64,000 bases of DNA from the human T2T-CHM13v2.0 reference genome, Homo sapiens (GCF_009914755.1 NC_060937.1), one strand, 5' to 3'. Shown: positions 44,321 to 60,790, numbered from the stretch's first letter. The notes: generated by a model from the sequence alone, not told the origin. Translations and numbers: made by a program.

Positions 44321-45859
44321 TTCCTAACATCATATTTAATAAAGCACAATATCTCTAATGATATATTTGTAGAATCTCTGAATGAAATTTGAATGCTGAT
44401 CATTTTTAGCCAACTATAGAAATACAGAAATTATTCTGCCAGAAAACAACGTGTAACCAATTCAAGTGATACCAATGAGTTTTTAGAAATTATACACAAA
44501 AGCCTTTTCATAAAATGGTTGATTTTTCCCAATACACACATCTGGCTATCTCATAGCCTTTTTAAATAGAGAAATATAATTTTCAGAAATGTGGGTCTAC
44601 AAAGCACGGTGGTCATGAACTCTTCTCCATATTTCAAAACTGGGCAGCCAGATACAGAGTTCCTCTGGGCTGCTGGCCCAGTGAATCATGTCACAAATAT
44701 AGTAATGGTTGAATACACTGAGTGCCAAACTAAACTCCTAATGTTCTATTTCAATCCAGCAGATTATACTGTGGCTGATTTTGGAAGAAGGGCAGGCTGG
44801 CTTACTGCCATATTTTTCACTCAACCCTGCACTGAAGGCAAGGAGCCAGAATTTGAGAGAAATCTGTGGAGATTTTAATTTTTTCTCCTATATAATTACA
44901 TATTATATTAATTGAACTCCACTTCTAGTTGGAAAATTATTCAAAAAGGGATCCTGCTGCTTCTTATGTGCAGACAGGATGGAAACGATTTTACATTTGG
45001 AATAATTACTTTATGACCAATTGAATTAATAGTCTGTGGGAAATATGAGTGAGGAGGCAATTGGTTCCCCAAATTGAAGTAGCAGAAAACAAGACTAAAG
45101 GCAATAACAGTCAATTCATCTCAAAATATTTTATAATAAGGCCAGAAATTGCAAATACTAATGGTAGTTAAAAGATTACCTACTTACAGTCTTCAGATCT
45201 AAATCTAAGGATAGCATCTAAGTTCAAATAGATGTATTGGTAGTCACTGGCATAATTAAATAGAAGAGAAACTTGATGACAAAATGCAAATACCTGCATT
45301 GCAAGCAGGTATATAGAGTTGTCATTCTCATATACAAGATATATTTGGTCAACAGTCACATCTCCCAGTATCTGGTTTACTATTGGCTCCAATTTAGGTA
45401 ATCACAGTGCATCAAAAATAACTGGGGCTACCACACAAGCAAAAGTTTAATTGTTATCATGTCTCGTCAATCATTAATCTACCTCAATGTTTATCTCCAA
45501 CAACATAATAGAAAGTTATCTTTTTTAGCTTTTACAAATGTAATGATGTCTTAAACAAAGTAGCCAATATTTTTCTAATAACCACAGCTCTATTTGCCTG
45601 ATAAGAATTAGATTATTTCAGAAGTGATTTTAAAGATGATGAAAAATGATGGAAAGGAAAAATAAAATTTACCATCAGTTAGATGAGTCTAGCACTGAAG
45701 AAAATATTACTAGGATTCTGCATCCTTAATAGTTCACGACGGTAATTGATGTCCTCAGACAATTCCAGAAATTCACTTGAATCTAGCTCTTAGTTCTTTT
45801 GATGGATTTAATAATTTAGAAAATAGAAGTAGAAAAAAATATAGTATCAAAGAGATTTG

Positions 45860-45985
45860 AATTTAGGGATGTAAATTATGTGAAGTAATGCATATGTTCG
45901 TTAGCTCAATTTGGACATGACACAATGTATACATGTTTCATGAAAAATGTACATGATAAATGTATGGAATTTTTGTCAATTAAAA
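45860..45985 (+). mobile_element. L1MA 3'-end fragment
   Basis: gtaatgcatatgttcgttagctcaattt...cacaatgtatacat...tttgtcaattaaaa. Confidence 0.6.
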
Positions 45986-45989
45986 GCAT

Positions 45990-46660
45990 TACATATATAT
46001 ATCTATATGCATAGAAACATACACACACACTATATATATACCTATATATGCACACACACACACAGCTATATTTATACATACCTACATATGAGCATATATA
46101 AACTTACATATATTAACCTAATACATAAGGTATATATAAATGTATTAAATAACAATATAATTATAAAATATTAAGTAATATATAAGGTATATACATAAAA
46201 AGGTATTATATGCCTTATAAGGCATACCTTATAATACCTTTATACCTTTATATAATAACTTTATATATATCTTATATATACCTCATATATACCCTCATAT
46301 ACTATAAATATATTACATAATATATACATACCTTACACATTATATAATTAATATAATATCAAGATTACAATATAATGTTAGTATATAATTAGAATGCTAC
46401 AATAATATGGTATTATATACTTAATATAAGGTATTTATAAATGTATTACATAATAATACATAAGTATAGTATGTATAGGAAAAAAGCAATTGACATAAAA
46501 GGACTTATATAATAGTCTCTATGTATAGGGAAGACCCTTGTGTTGAACATATATAATATGTCAGTATAGGTATATACACTTATATATACATATGTGTGTG
46601 TATACATATATATATATACACCCCATATATAACTCATATATATATATATATATATATACT
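45990..46660. repeat. Degenerate (TA)n/(CA)n low-complexity region
   Basis: Seen directly. Confidence 0.9.
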
Positions 46661-49600
46661 TCTCATGTTTAATTAGGGTGATTTAATGTAAACTGAATAT
46701 TAGAATCTGAGGTGTTTCTGTTACTGACTGCTATTTTATGTAATTTAGTTTATCTATCTACTTACTTGTTTATCATTTTTCTATTTGTTTGTATGATTAG
46801 GTAGTTTTCAAGCTACAGGCAAGCTAATAAAATTTAGGCAGTTTGTTATTATTTTTGTATGAAAAACTCTAATTATTTTGAATTTGAAAGAATTGGGACT
46901 TAGCTATCCAATTAAACCTCATGTTTTACAAGGACAGCTTTTCAAACATATTTTGTTTTAATTTGATGTAGGGTTGATAACCGACAGGAAGAAAAAAGAG
47001 ATCAAAATGTTCCAAAATTCTAAGTAGGTTCAGGACTGATTTGCAGCAAAAGTTGCAAAAGTGTATTGTTTTTAATTAATAACAAAGATATTACGATGCT
47101 GATTTTTTTAAGTTATAAAAACTACTAAAGTATATGTATTTTAGACCTTTTGGGTGAGTTTCTCTGAAAGGGAGTAAGACTATCCTATTTGAAGTAATGA
47201 TTTCTGAATATGGTGTCATCTGAGGAATGGTGACTTTTAATTAGCACGTAGAAGGAGATTTACAGAGAAATTTTGAGTTGGCAAAAGTGTTTGCTAAGAA
47301 GAGAGGGTTGTTTCTAAATGGCACTTTAAAGAAGACTAAACAAAGTATGTGAAAATACATATATTAGAAAAGCATCAAACTTAGCAACAGAGGTATCAAA
47401 ATTCTTAAACGTCAACTCAGGGAGAAGTAGGCAAATATGCTACTTATGAACAAGAAGTTTTGAGGATTTGGGACTAGCAATTTATGATGAAGAGAAATAA
47501 TAGCAACAGATGATGAGAAATGATAAATCACTAGAGAAATTGTTCATATTTAACATCCCAATTATGTAAGGCATGATTATGATGCTTCTCTCATATCAGG
47601 ATATACCAGAAGAAGCATGACCAAAGAAATAGATCCTTTCTGTTATGAATCTAGTATTAGTGTACTAAAATTTAAAAAATTCTCATCTCTATCTTGAGAC
47701 TAGTAGAAAAACTAGAATTGCAGGGTTTAAAGTTCTGATTTTAAAATAAATAAAAGTATTTTCCTACTAGCAAATAATATATTTTATAATAATTTCAAGA
47801 AATAATAAAAATATTGGAATTTTCAAACTAACCACCAAATATGTCAATGGCCAGCACCCTGAACAAACCAGTGAAGATGAGGAAGAGATTATAACAATTA
47901 AATTTTATTGTTCATTTTACTTTGTCAATCCTTAGAATTTAATAACTCCAATAATTAAATACTAACAGGAATGTTAGTATACAAATCTAATATTTTAGTA
48001 TGTTCATTTAAAATAATGAATACATGTTTAAATATAAATTACTAAACATGATATAGAATTCTATATTGATTTAAAATTATATGCCTGATACCACATAATA
48101 GTGCACTTATTTTTAGCCATGTCATCACTCTTTTTCTCTTGGAGTCTTATATTTCCTGTATTTTGGTTCTGTTAATTGGTAGTTTACCAACTGTCTACAT
48201 TGTATTCTTTCATGAGCTTTATAAACATTTCTATTTGGAGATAGCATCATATGATGTTCACTTACAAATGTGATAAAATAAATGGATACGTTGTGCAATG
48301 CATTGAACCTACATGGGATTTAGTAGTTTTAAAGCCAAAGTTATTTGTGTTCCACATGCAGTGAAAAGGGATGTTTCAAAATCTGAGAAGAGAGCCTACT
48401 TTAAGAAAAAATAAAATTCTTAAATGATGGTGCTAGTTTTTATGGATCCTTGAAAGGAATAATATGACATGCTTGTAAATGTTACTGAGGCAAACATGAG
48501 GCAGTCTCTGCCTGAAGAATAAAATTGAGGCATATGTTCTTTCCATCCCATCAAACCCAAGTTTCTAAGGAATATATAAATCTTATGTGCAATGTATAAC
48601 TGTTTTTCATCCAAGCAAAGCAAGTTCCTGATTCTACCTAGTCTAGATGTGCTTTGTATCTATTTAACTTTTAGTTGGTTGGCAGGAGGGGTAGGGAAGA
48701 GGATTGTAAGGATCATCATATGAAAACTTTTGTCTCCCGCATGTTTATTTCTTTATATAATTGATAGTTTTTAATGGAAGACTCTTGTATTTTAGCCATC
48801 CTATGTGATTATCAATTTCATATACATTGTGTTTGAGTTTTATTAAAGTATCTGTAAGAAAAATGAAGTAGCTCATGTTTTTCCATTCTAAGTATATTAA
48901 TACATCTAGACAATCTATAATATTTGAAATAACTTGGTTTATTATGCTACTATCACCTTTATAAACTTATAGCATCTCAATTTTGGCATAGTTCGAAGAT
49001 CCTTTACATGCTTTCTTGGACTAATGGCTTTATATCCTATACCGAAGAAACAGCTAAGATGCCACGTACGTATACCTCTCTCCTTTCTAGCTTATAAATT
49101 TAACTACACCTACTGTTATCTCATCCACAACACAACCTCAAGACACAGGGGAAAAACACTGCAATAAACATTTTCATTTCTGTAATTGTATAAAAATACA
49201 TCTTTTTATATGAAGAATGGGAAACAATATAGTGATGTCAGTTAAGGAGGAAAATTTTGCCATTTTTTTTAACTCAGAGAATTTCTATTATTTGGGACAG
49301 GAATTCATGATGATCCAAAATATTTTGCTGCTCATTTTGTTATACATATGTGTTATTTAATATATGGCTATAACATGCATGTGTGTACATGATGTATAGA
49401 TATGTATGTATCTTCATTTCTTATTTGATTTATAGTATTGCCACCAAAACAACAATTTAAAAAATACTGAAGCCTCTATACTGTCTGCTTCTGAACTACT
49501 ATTCACAGCGGATATCCACAAATTCTTAATAGGTTACTTCATTATGCATAATGAAAAAACATTGATTTTTTTAAACAAAACTTTTCCTTGGTTATTTCCA

Positions 49601-49849
49601 CAATTTATTATTGATTTAATATTTTAATGGCTTTTTACTATGAAAGGAGTCATCTCCTTCTTTAAATTCTTTGAACAGCTGTTAATCTATTGCATTTGCT
49701 ATTTGATATTTGCAGTATCTCAATAGAACTATCTTCCTTTTTGTGAGAACGGTCACTAAAAAATTTCCCACAAACTTCTTAGAAATGTAATTTTGAGAAC
49801 AAACGGTTATCTTTTTGATTCGGGGGAAGAATTTTCAAATCGATGAGAG

Positions 49850-50660
<811 letters not shown>

Positions 50661-51018
50661 ATGAGAATCTTTTTATTAAACAAAGAAAGAAAAAACAACT
50701 TGCTATTTAATGTGTGACTTTAGCTAAAATTGTATAGAACACTTTGAAAATTGATATTATAACCTAAATAAAATAAAATTCAATAACAATTGTTGTGGCC
50801 TACCATATATAGATATGCTTCCTAATTTTAACAATATCAAGACGAAAATGAAATAAAGTGGTTTTGTTCATTAGTACACCCTGATTTAATAGGGTAAATA
50901 CATGCAAACAAAAGTAATACAATATATGGTGAAAGTAATATCAGTTCCACTTTTTCCTGGAGTAGTTAGGAAAGAAAAGTCAAGATAAAGTGATCAATTG
51001 TTGAAAATCTAGAGAGTA

Positions 51019-51321
<303 letters not shown>

Positions 51322-51599
51322 GAAAATCTACAGAGTATTGCTCCTATGTAATGTCCTATTTCTGTTATCTAGAATATTTACTAAAATATTATGGAGAAAT
51401 GTGAACAATGCATTATCCATATAGTGTGATGAACTGGACCAGGTAAAGGTAATTAAAGTTTCTTTGAATTATATAGTATATACATATGTGGGTTAATAGA
51501 GCTTTGGATAAAAACATGAGGACAGTAGTCTTTAATGTCTCTTTCTGATTAAAATTAAAACAGACTGATTCATCACATATGAGAGTCACATACCAAGTT

Positions 51600-52770
51600 G
51601 CTGATCTATTGCTATTATTCTAATAAAGATGTCAGTAGTTACAATTGTGGCCTGTGATTCTGTGTAAGATCCATCTGAAATTTTGCAGGAACGAGACTGG
51701 ATTAAATTGTGATTTTATAGGGACTAATGCCCTTGCATTCCGTGAGTCTTTGAAAGGGGGACTAATTTGGCCATTTCAGCCAGGATTGATTGTGTTTTGG
51801 ATTTACTTTCTTAGCTGTGCTGGGTGAGAGTTTTGGAGGTCTTCCCCCAGCATTTTCTTTCATAACAGCTCTTACTAAACAATCAGGGATCAATGTAAGA
51901 TTCATATATTACATATACATTCTAAGTATGTACTTAGGGAACCAAGCAAATGGTTTGGGGCAAGGGTGCTCCCCATCCATTGGACCCATTAGGAAAGGAA
52001 ACTGGTTCCGGGCTCCATTTACCATTTTGTCTCCATGTGGTCCTACTATTAAGGTAGGTGCATGATGTTATTTGTGGTTTCCTGCAATTAATGTCAGCCA
52101 AGAACAGCATCGACCAAATATATTTGTCTGCCCTTTCCTCCTGTTTACAGTGTATGGTAATCTGATAAATGACCATATGCCCCTCTAGGGAAGGATTGGA
52201 TCAATGAATGCTATATGTAGACCTCCAGATGTTACAACCTTCCATTCCATGGTAAACTTCTGGATCTAAGAACTGGTTCAAGATTGGGTATTGCACAAGG
52301 AAATTTGAACTCTTTATTGACGAATCTAATATTTGATCATGTCTTGAACTTTCTTGGCTATGTAAATAAAATAACTTTCTCATTGGCTGTCGATCTATGC
52401 CTTTTAGGAAAACTGTGTTCAAGTAGCCATTGTTACAGATCCTTCTGCATCAATGCTCCTATTAACCATTTCTAGTTCGCAGATTAATAAGAGAATTATA
52501 TCCAACAGGTTGACAACAATTAAGTGCCATTGTTGCCACCTCTGTAATTCCATAATGCCATTATACCAATTTGCACTTAAGCCACCAACTTCTAGTGGCA
52601 CCTGTTGTCTACCACCTGGCCTGCTGAGCAGAGCCACCACTGAATTTCTCAGAGATGTCATTGATCCCACTTCACTATTCTATTAGTTATCCATTTATGA
52701 AGGTAGTTTCCTTTGGGTCCTCCTGAAAAAGGTAGTTGGCTGGGTTGTCTTTCCCAAGGAACAAGGACAC
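51600..52770 (-). mobile_element. ERVL-class internal remnant (gag-like)
   Basis: Minus-strand peptides TSLRNSVVALLSRPG, GIDRQPMRKLFYLHSQESSR and PILNQFLDPE resemble ERVL Gag as I recall it. The left boundary is uncertain. Confidence 0.65.
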
Positions 52771-53689
52771 TGTAGTATGTATTCACCAATGTTTAGTAAT
52801 TATGGGTTGAAAGTGGCTTTTAGAAGTTTAACTCCCTCTCCCTTTGACTTTCCCTGAACATGAACTATGCACATTAATAAAACTACTGAAGTCCTTGAGC
52901 AGAAATTCAGGTGTTTTCACTGAGAAGCTATTGCCTTGTACAGAAATATGAATGCTGACATAATATGGTTGAGACACCAGCAGAGATAGCTATAATCTTC
53001 CAGATTTTTTACCAGTATTCTCCATTACATAGTTATCTATTGTGCTTGTATAATATGCTTTAAACATCTATCTGTATGCCATATGATGGTAATTTAATCA
53101 CTTCTAAGTGATTCATAGTACTTCATAGCAAATACACATAACATGTTATATATTGATTTTTTATGCTAGACAACAAGATTCTTTCCATCTAACTGACAAA
53201 ACAATAAATGGTGAAAGACCATTGTAACTCAAGACCTATTGCACATTTGCATGAGTTTTCCTCAAAAAAATATATATCCAAAAGTAGAATATTGGATAAC
53301 AGGAAATTATTATCTGACTTCAATAATTCCTACCAGATTTTTCTTAAGAATGCTTGCATCGATTTTTACTTCCACAAGTAGTGCACAGTTACTCATATTT
53401 GCTATTATTGAATTTTGATTTTTTACAAATTTTGTGATATTTTACTGCTTTTAAATTTGCCCATATCTAACTACCATGTGTATTTACCTTTAATTATTTG
53501 CATTAAAGTTTTATTTTGAGAAATGGCCATTCATATCCCTTGTATGTGTTCATTATTTTCCTGAAATTTTTTGTTGTCTTGCAGTATTTCCTTGCATTTT
53601 CTATTTATTCCTTTTATATGTTGAAAATGCAAATAAAGCATTTTATTACACATTGCTTATCATGTCCAGAATATACTCCTAAATAACCT

Positions 53690-54720
53690 GCCATATAAAG
53701 AATAAGAAAATGTAACAAAATCTCAAGAGAAAAAAAATCAACAGAAATTAAACCTTGATATTATACAGAAAATGGATTATCAGATAAATATTATAAAATG
53801 AATATTATTATAACTATGATCTGTGAAATTAAGATAAGCACATTTGGAATGAATAGAAAAAAAGGTTTTCAACAAATAACATATATTAAAAGTGTACCAT
53901 ATGGAAATTATCCAATGGAAAAGGAGACAATTTAAAATTAAAAAATAAACTAAATGGGCATAATAGTAGAATGGAAACCATAGAAGACAACTCAGTTAAA
54001 TTAAAGGCAAAACAATGGAAATTACCCAATCTGAAGACCAGATAATATTTTTAAAAGAAAAATAAGTTAGAACTCCAGGGACTTGAGTTTCTGATATCCA
54101 AGGGCATAACATATGTCACTGAAACATCAAATGGAGAGAATAAAATTTGGGCAGAGAAAAATACTTGGAGAAATAATTCCTAGATTTGGCATAACTCATA
54201 AATTTAAAGATTTACAGAAAAAACTCATATAACCTCCAATAGGATAATCTAAAAGAAAATCGTGACGAGACAAATCATTATAAAATGGCTGAACACCAAA
54301 GATAAAGAAAATAATTTGAAAGCATATAGAGTGAAACATAGAGCTAAACAGTGTCGACAAGGGGAAAATGATTCAATTAACACCCAATTTCGCAATATAA
54401 ATCACATAAGGCAAAGACATTTGGAAAATATACATAAAACTCTGAAAGAAAAGAACTGTCAAATCCAAGTTTAATATCTTTAAAGATATTGTTTAGGAAT
54501 TAGTGTGAAAGAAAGAGATTCTCAAATGACAGAAAACAATTAGAAAATATTGCCAATAAAACTGGTCTCTAGGAAACACTACAGGCTGAAGGTAAATGAT
54601 ACTTGAGGGAAACGTGCATCTTCCAAAATGCAGAAGAAGTAACAGAAATAGTGAATAGCTATGCAAATATAAAAGACTACTATTTTCCTCAAGTTTAAAA
54701 AAATCTCCAGGATTGAACAA
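53690..54720 (+). mobile_element. Old L1M ORF1 region
   Basis: ORF 54262 TRQIIIKWLNTKDKENNLKA matches the L1 ORF1p RHIIVK...KDKEKILKA motif. Confidence 0.75.
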
Positions 54721-54721
54721 T

Positions 54722-54754
54722 TATATATATTATATACACATAAATATAAATATA

Positions 54755-54790
<36 letters not shown>
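54722..54790. repeat. (TA)n microsatellite
   Basis: Seen directly. Confidence 0.93.
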
Positions 54791-54793
<3 letters not shown>

Positions 54794-54993
54794 CCCAAAA
54801 TATAGAATTGTCACATATGTTAGAAGGTCTATTTATGTATGTAAAACCATGGACAATTTAGAATATTATCTTGCTTATAGAACTATACATTCTAGTTATA
54901 CAGGAAGCAAAATACATTTTATATTTATGCTGACTTATAATTAAACTTTCATCCCAGTGATCTATCCAAATGGTGTAAAAAAAATTGTTTTGA

Positions 54994-55337
<344 letters not shown>

Positions 55338-55647
55338 TTAAGTTGCTTTATATATACACTTTATGGAGACAGTAAAGTTTTATCAGTTTCTGGATATGAG
55401 ATATAAATGAGCAATTTTAAATTGTGAGTCTGATTATAAATTGGGGAGATTTCATTGGCTTCTGTTTTAATGATATTAGTAAATAACACAGGTCCACTTT
55501 TTTGTTTGCTTCTAAACCAATCTCTCTTTTACATGTACACAACAGGAAATAGAACGTTGCCTGCACATTCGTTGGAGGATATTCTTTTCACTCGATGGTT
55601 GGACTCTTCGTAAAAAGACTGAAATGTTTGGGAGCAAGAGAGACACA

Positions 55648-55688
<41 letters not shown>
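55648..55688. repeat. (AC)n microsatellite
   Basis: Seen directly. Confidence 0.97.
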
Positions 55689-55690
<2 letters not shown>

Positions 55691-57019
55691 ACAGACTTCA
55701 ATCCTTTCCAGTTGAATCGCTTTTAAGTAATTAATTATTCCTTTTTTTGCTTTACATCTAGCTTTAAGCATAAACTTAGAATATTTACCTTTAAATGCCT
55801 ACCTGTTTCAGGTTATTATCAGAACAGGGAGATCTTCGCTCAGGCAGATTGTTTTGCAGGACAAAAAACTATAACCCACTGGTGTGATTTGTTAGAAAAT
55901 AATTTCATGATTTTAACAACACTAACAGAAAACAAAACATTAAAAACTCAATTGGCAGTTTGCAACATTTCACTTTTGGTAAACTTGGCAGCAGCTGTCT
56001 GTTCAGGATATCAAAGCAATGCCAGTCAAAAGGCAACATATAAAGAGAAAAAACACAGCGACAAATGGTAATTGAAGAAAATAAAACAAGTAATAAGTAA
56101 CTGAGGTATACTACTCTCAATTTCTTCTCATGCTTCTACTCCAGTTTTTAGTCCTCTGAAATCAGTCCATTTGAAAGTCATTCACTTTCAATAAATTCAG
56201 TTGGCCATGATATTCGTTAGAATAATGAATATAGATCAAATACATTATACTGAATTTTCTCTACATGGAGTAAGGTGGCTTTTTATTCTACAATAAAGTT
56301 AACGTGCTCTCTGCTACCAAATGCACTTTTATATTCACTTTCGTAAATAACTTAGAGAGCATTTGGATACTACACATATTTCTATAATGTCATAATAATT
56401 AGTTTCAATGTGTTATCAGAGTGCGAATAGTTGAAGTTAATGGCATTTTAATGTTCTTTATATTCTCAGTGCGAGTCCCAATTATAGAAATTTTCCACCC
56501 TGGGACTACTAAGACTCCCAATTTCATATTTGAATGTCCCTCTAGACTCTGTCAACAGGACGCAGAGCTTTTATAAATTGTGACCCTACAAATCTCATCC
56601 TTTCTGCTCACATGGCGAGAACATTATTGTGTCCATCAGTTGTGAACATACAGGCTTATATTGTTTTAGAAAATGATCAACGTTTCCTAGAACATCAAGC
56701 TGGTTGTTTTTCTCTTCCTTTACTTTTTTTCTTTGTATTCAGTATCAAAGGACAAGTGGAAAGAGTAAGAGCAATAACTGAATTAGGCAGAGATAGACCC
56801 TATAGCTTATTCATAATTACTTTCTCTTTTAATTCAACTTACAAGTGTTTCCCAAGCATATATATTTTAAAAGCACTATTAATGCTAGTGGAGAAGGAAA
56901 GTTATTAGGATAATTAAAAGATCATAAATATTTTCAAAAATATACTGGAATGGAAGCAGGAAATTAAAAATACTTCAATAATGGATTATATGATTTTTCT
57001 CAGCAACTAATTCATTCTC

Positions 57020-57392
57020 TTCTCTGTTAGAAGATCAAGCATCCCCTCCCAATGTCACACATACGCAGAGCATCCTTCCTTACCTCATTTTCTGGCATTG
57101 TCATGTGGCTTTCTGGAACCAATGTGAGCAGAAGTGACAAGGTGCTAGTTCTAAGCTGAGACTTTTAAAGGAATCTCATGTTTTTGCCCCTTGCCCTTTT
57201 CACGTGTCCTCAAGGGCAACAAGTTCCAAATAAGGGCTCAAATTTCAACATCAATTTCAGAAAAAGAAGTGTGGAGCAAATTAAATAGCTGAACTTGAAT
57301 TGCTCATGATTAATATAATCTGAAAATAAATGTTTTGTTTAAATCACTGAGATTTGAGACTTCTTTGTTAATGAAACAAAACTGAGTAATAC
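57020..57392 (+). mobile_element. MLT1-type MaLR solo LTR
   Basis: catgtggctttctggaaccaatgtgagcagaagtgac...aaataaatg...tttaaatcactgagatttg...actgagtaatac. Confidence 0.7.
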
Positions 57393-58590
57393 CATAATAT
57401 TACAATACAAGCACTGAATGTTCAGTTCTATTTAAAAGCTTGAACAACCTGAAATTATGCCCATACATTTTTGTTGTTGTTGTTGTTTTTGGCCAATATT
57501 TCAAAAGACCTTTAAGGGGTATTCATATATGGAGGTAAACTAAAATAAATTAATCTTTTAGACAACAAATGCCATTTGAAAAACTGAAATAATCAAAAAA
57601 TTATATCTGGTAAATTTTTTAATGGTTTATACTTGATTATAATCTGGTCTTTACTGTAGAGAATAATAAAGAGTTTAAGTTATATATTTGTTTTATCAAC
57701 TTGAATATATTATTATTTATTTCACAACTGGGTTATGTTACTTTGGAGAATTTGCTTTTTTTTGATATTGACTTTAGTTTTCCTCCAATTATTTATCAGA
57801 TTATTTATCTTCATTATAAATTACATAATGAACACATATAAACAACATTGATACACTGCTCTTAATGTGATAGTAAACAAAATATCATCTGTCATGTTTC
57901 CTGAAAAAGAAGTCAATTTTAAAATTAGAATCTTCTGACAATAAGAAGAAATGCAATAAATCTCTTAACACATCAATTAAAGTTTTACTCTTTTCTCATG
58001 GAGTTGAGAATTTGTCTTCATTATGGAGTTTCTCCTATCCTTCAAAGTTGAGTCCTAGAAAAAAAAAATGTCTTAAGAAATACTTCCTTTTTTAAAAATT
58101 TGGCTTTTGCTTTCTGAATCACGGTATTGGCCAACTCAGCATTTTGATATTTATTGAAAGGCCTTTATAAGGCAATTATTGCCTTTGGCTTGCCTTTCAT
58201 ATTCATTTTACTATAATTTTATGCTTCTCCAAGATCTCGTAATGTAAATCAGTGTAGTGAATATTGCTAGCATTAACATCAAACAAATTTTTGTAGTATA
58301 ACATTTTCACATTCTTATCAGAAACAATGCTAGTTAGTTGCATTTTAAAATCTTGTTAAACAGTTACAATCATTTAAATGCATTTACCTGAGTAAATATA
58401 TCTAACAGCTAATGCCTATTCAAGCAAATATATCTCAATAAAAGTGTCTGTAATTCTATTTATTTGTACATTTATTTTATCTCTTCTGTGTTTTTGTAAC
58501 GAAGCCTGTATTTCATAAAAATCACAAGACTTTGTTTTACTTACTTTCTTTCTCTTCGTTCTTTTCTTTCTCCATGCATGCTTGCTTGCA

Positions 58591-58982
58591 TGTAGTAGTT
58601 TCAGTAGGGAGTAGTCACTAGCAATTGATTAACTTCACATCCCAACCTCCAAGCACAGCCCATAGGATTCATAAACTTGTTTGTCTTTCAAAGAACAATG
58701 AACCTTAGACCATGCAGACCTCTTTGATGGCAACTAGAAGTCGGATCAGGCCAAAGGACGCAAACAGCTTTGATTATAAGGGCATCTCACCCCTCACATA
58801 CATACCTTACTCATAAAATCCACCAAATATGTTCAAAGACAGGTAGGATTTGAGAGATTTCTCTCTCCTGCCCTCTTGTTTTGGCCAAATTGAATAAAAC
58901 TCTCTCTGCTCCTAGGAGCTGAGGTGTCAGTTTTTGGTTTACTATGTATCAGGAACATTAACCTAAATTGGGGGATTCTACA
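58591..58982 (+). mobile_element. Solo LTR, family not determined
   Basis: TG...CA termini, cataaaa TATA-like element, gatttgagag, AATAAA at 58893 and a U5-like tail. Confidence 0.6.
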
Positions 58983-59094
58983 ACATTTTGAACCAAGTAT
59001 ATGTGTTTCCCAAAATTGTTTATTACTTCATAATTTTTCTATTCAGACAGTGATGATTGCTAAAAACTAAGGTGTCCCCAAGTGCAACATTGTT

Positions 59095-59190
59095 TCTAGA
59101 TCATAAACCCAATGTGAAGCAGAATAGTATGTGTTTTGCTCAATATTTTACCCCTAGTCCCTAGACACTGCTTAGCCTGTAGTCATTAAA
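59095..59190 (+). mobile_element. L2 3' fragment
   Basis: tgtgttttgctca...ccctagtccctagacactgcttagcctgtag. Confidence 0.5.
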
Positions 59191-59741
59191 GGGACATCAG
59201 TGGAAGGACACCAACAACAACAACAACAAAAAAAAAAAAAAAAAAAAAAGAGGAAGAGGAAGAAGGAGGAAAGAAGGAAAGCAGAAAGGTGAGGATGAGC
59301 CAGGTTAGATATTGGGTTGTCAGTCAATTAATACAATCATGTCTAACACTTCTAAAAACACAGAAAGAAAATTTACAAGTCTCAACATTAGGTACTATTG
59401 CTCATTTTCTCTTTGACCTGCATGAAATTAAGAACTTGTTAAAATTCTTGGGATCTTAATTCAGACACAAAATATATAGATTTATCAAGTATATATGAAA
59501 TACCGTATAGTCTTCCATGCCATCTTCACTACCCCATCCACCTTATCCATCATGTCTTCCACCTCCCAACTCTGTGTGTGCCCTTGCATCCCCTGAATTA
59601 AGAACGTGCTATCTCTGGAGGGATATTCACAGGATAGAGGATTCCTTCCAAGCAGGAAACTGAATGTTGCATGAGGAACACTTCTCGCCACTGATACAAA
59701 AGTTGAAGGATTGTGGGATGGGTGGAGCAGGGGTGAGGGAA

Positions 59742-60037
59742 TTTTTTTCTTTAATTTTTGTTTAAATTATGCTTTAAGTTCTGGGATACATGTGCAGAAC
59801 GTGCAGCTTTGTTACATAGGTATAAAGGTGCCATGATGTTTTGCTGCACCCATTAACCCATCATCTACATTAGGTATTTCTCCTAATAGTCTCCCTCCCC
59901 TAGATTCCCAGTCCCCCACAGACCCCAGTGTGTGATATTCCCCTCCCTGTGTCTATGTATTCACATTGTTCGACGCCCACTTATGAGTGAGCACATGTGA
60001 TATTTGGTTTTCTTTTCCTGTGTTAGTTTGCTGAGAT
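59742..60037 (-). mobile_element. L1PA (PA7/8-like) 3' end, abruptly truncated
   Basis: tttaagttctgggatacatgtgcagaacgtgcag...cctgtgttagtttgctgaga. Confidence 0.93.
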
Positions 60038-60039
60038 GG

Positions 60040-60790
60040 GAGGTTGACAAAGGGACACGGAAGCCAACTAAAGGAGCTCCCGGTGGCCAAAGCTGGAAAC
60101 ATTGAGTAACAAAGTAATTACCTAAATAATTAATAATTAAATAGTTAAGTAAAATACTTGACAAAATAATTAGTTCAATTATTAAATAATTCATCCCCTG
60201 AAGTACTGGAGTGTAAACCAAAGCATACAATAGGTGTCCATAAGTCCATACGGATATAAATAAGTGATTAAATAAACAAACATGTGGGGGAGAATGGGAA
60301 AATCCTCCACACAGGAGAACTCCACAGAACTTAGGTAGCTATTCCCCTGCAAGGAGATAAAGCAAAACTTCCCTTTTCTTTACGTATAGGCTACAGGTAG
60401 CGACTTCCAGAAAGCACAGTAGAGAAAGAGGTGGGAAAATCACTTTATGGTGGAGAAACCTAATCAACACTGCCCCAGCCAGGTGACCAGGACTAATAGC
60501 AGCAGTGATAAGCCGGCTTGATGGTGTGTACTCTAGACAGGATGGGATGGGAATGGCGCTTTCCCGCTGCAATCTTCCTGACAAAAACATATAATTCCAG
60601 TCAGATCACAAGGAATACATCACACGAACTTCAGGAGAGGACATCCCACAATATATCTGATCAGTATTCAAAGTGTCAGGGTCATCAAAAACAAGGCAAG
60701 TGTGAGAAACCGTCGCAGCCAAGGGGAACCGTGACGAGTTGTAAGGTGGTACCCTGGATGGGGTCTTGGGACAGAAAAGGTATGTGAGGT
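60040..60790 (+). mobile_element. Ancient L1MC/MD-type 3' UTR fragment, CpG-rich
   Basis: aaaggagctcccggtggccaaagctggaa, taagtccatacggatataaata, gtcatcaaaaacaagg...gagaaacc and ctggatggggtcttgggacagaaaagg. Confidence 0.75.

Noticed and set aside
59485-59691. 68-aa ORF in a slightly GC-richer patch
   Set aside because: Short, non-ATG start, no recognisable homology or splice context. It may be an old LTR-element remnant.
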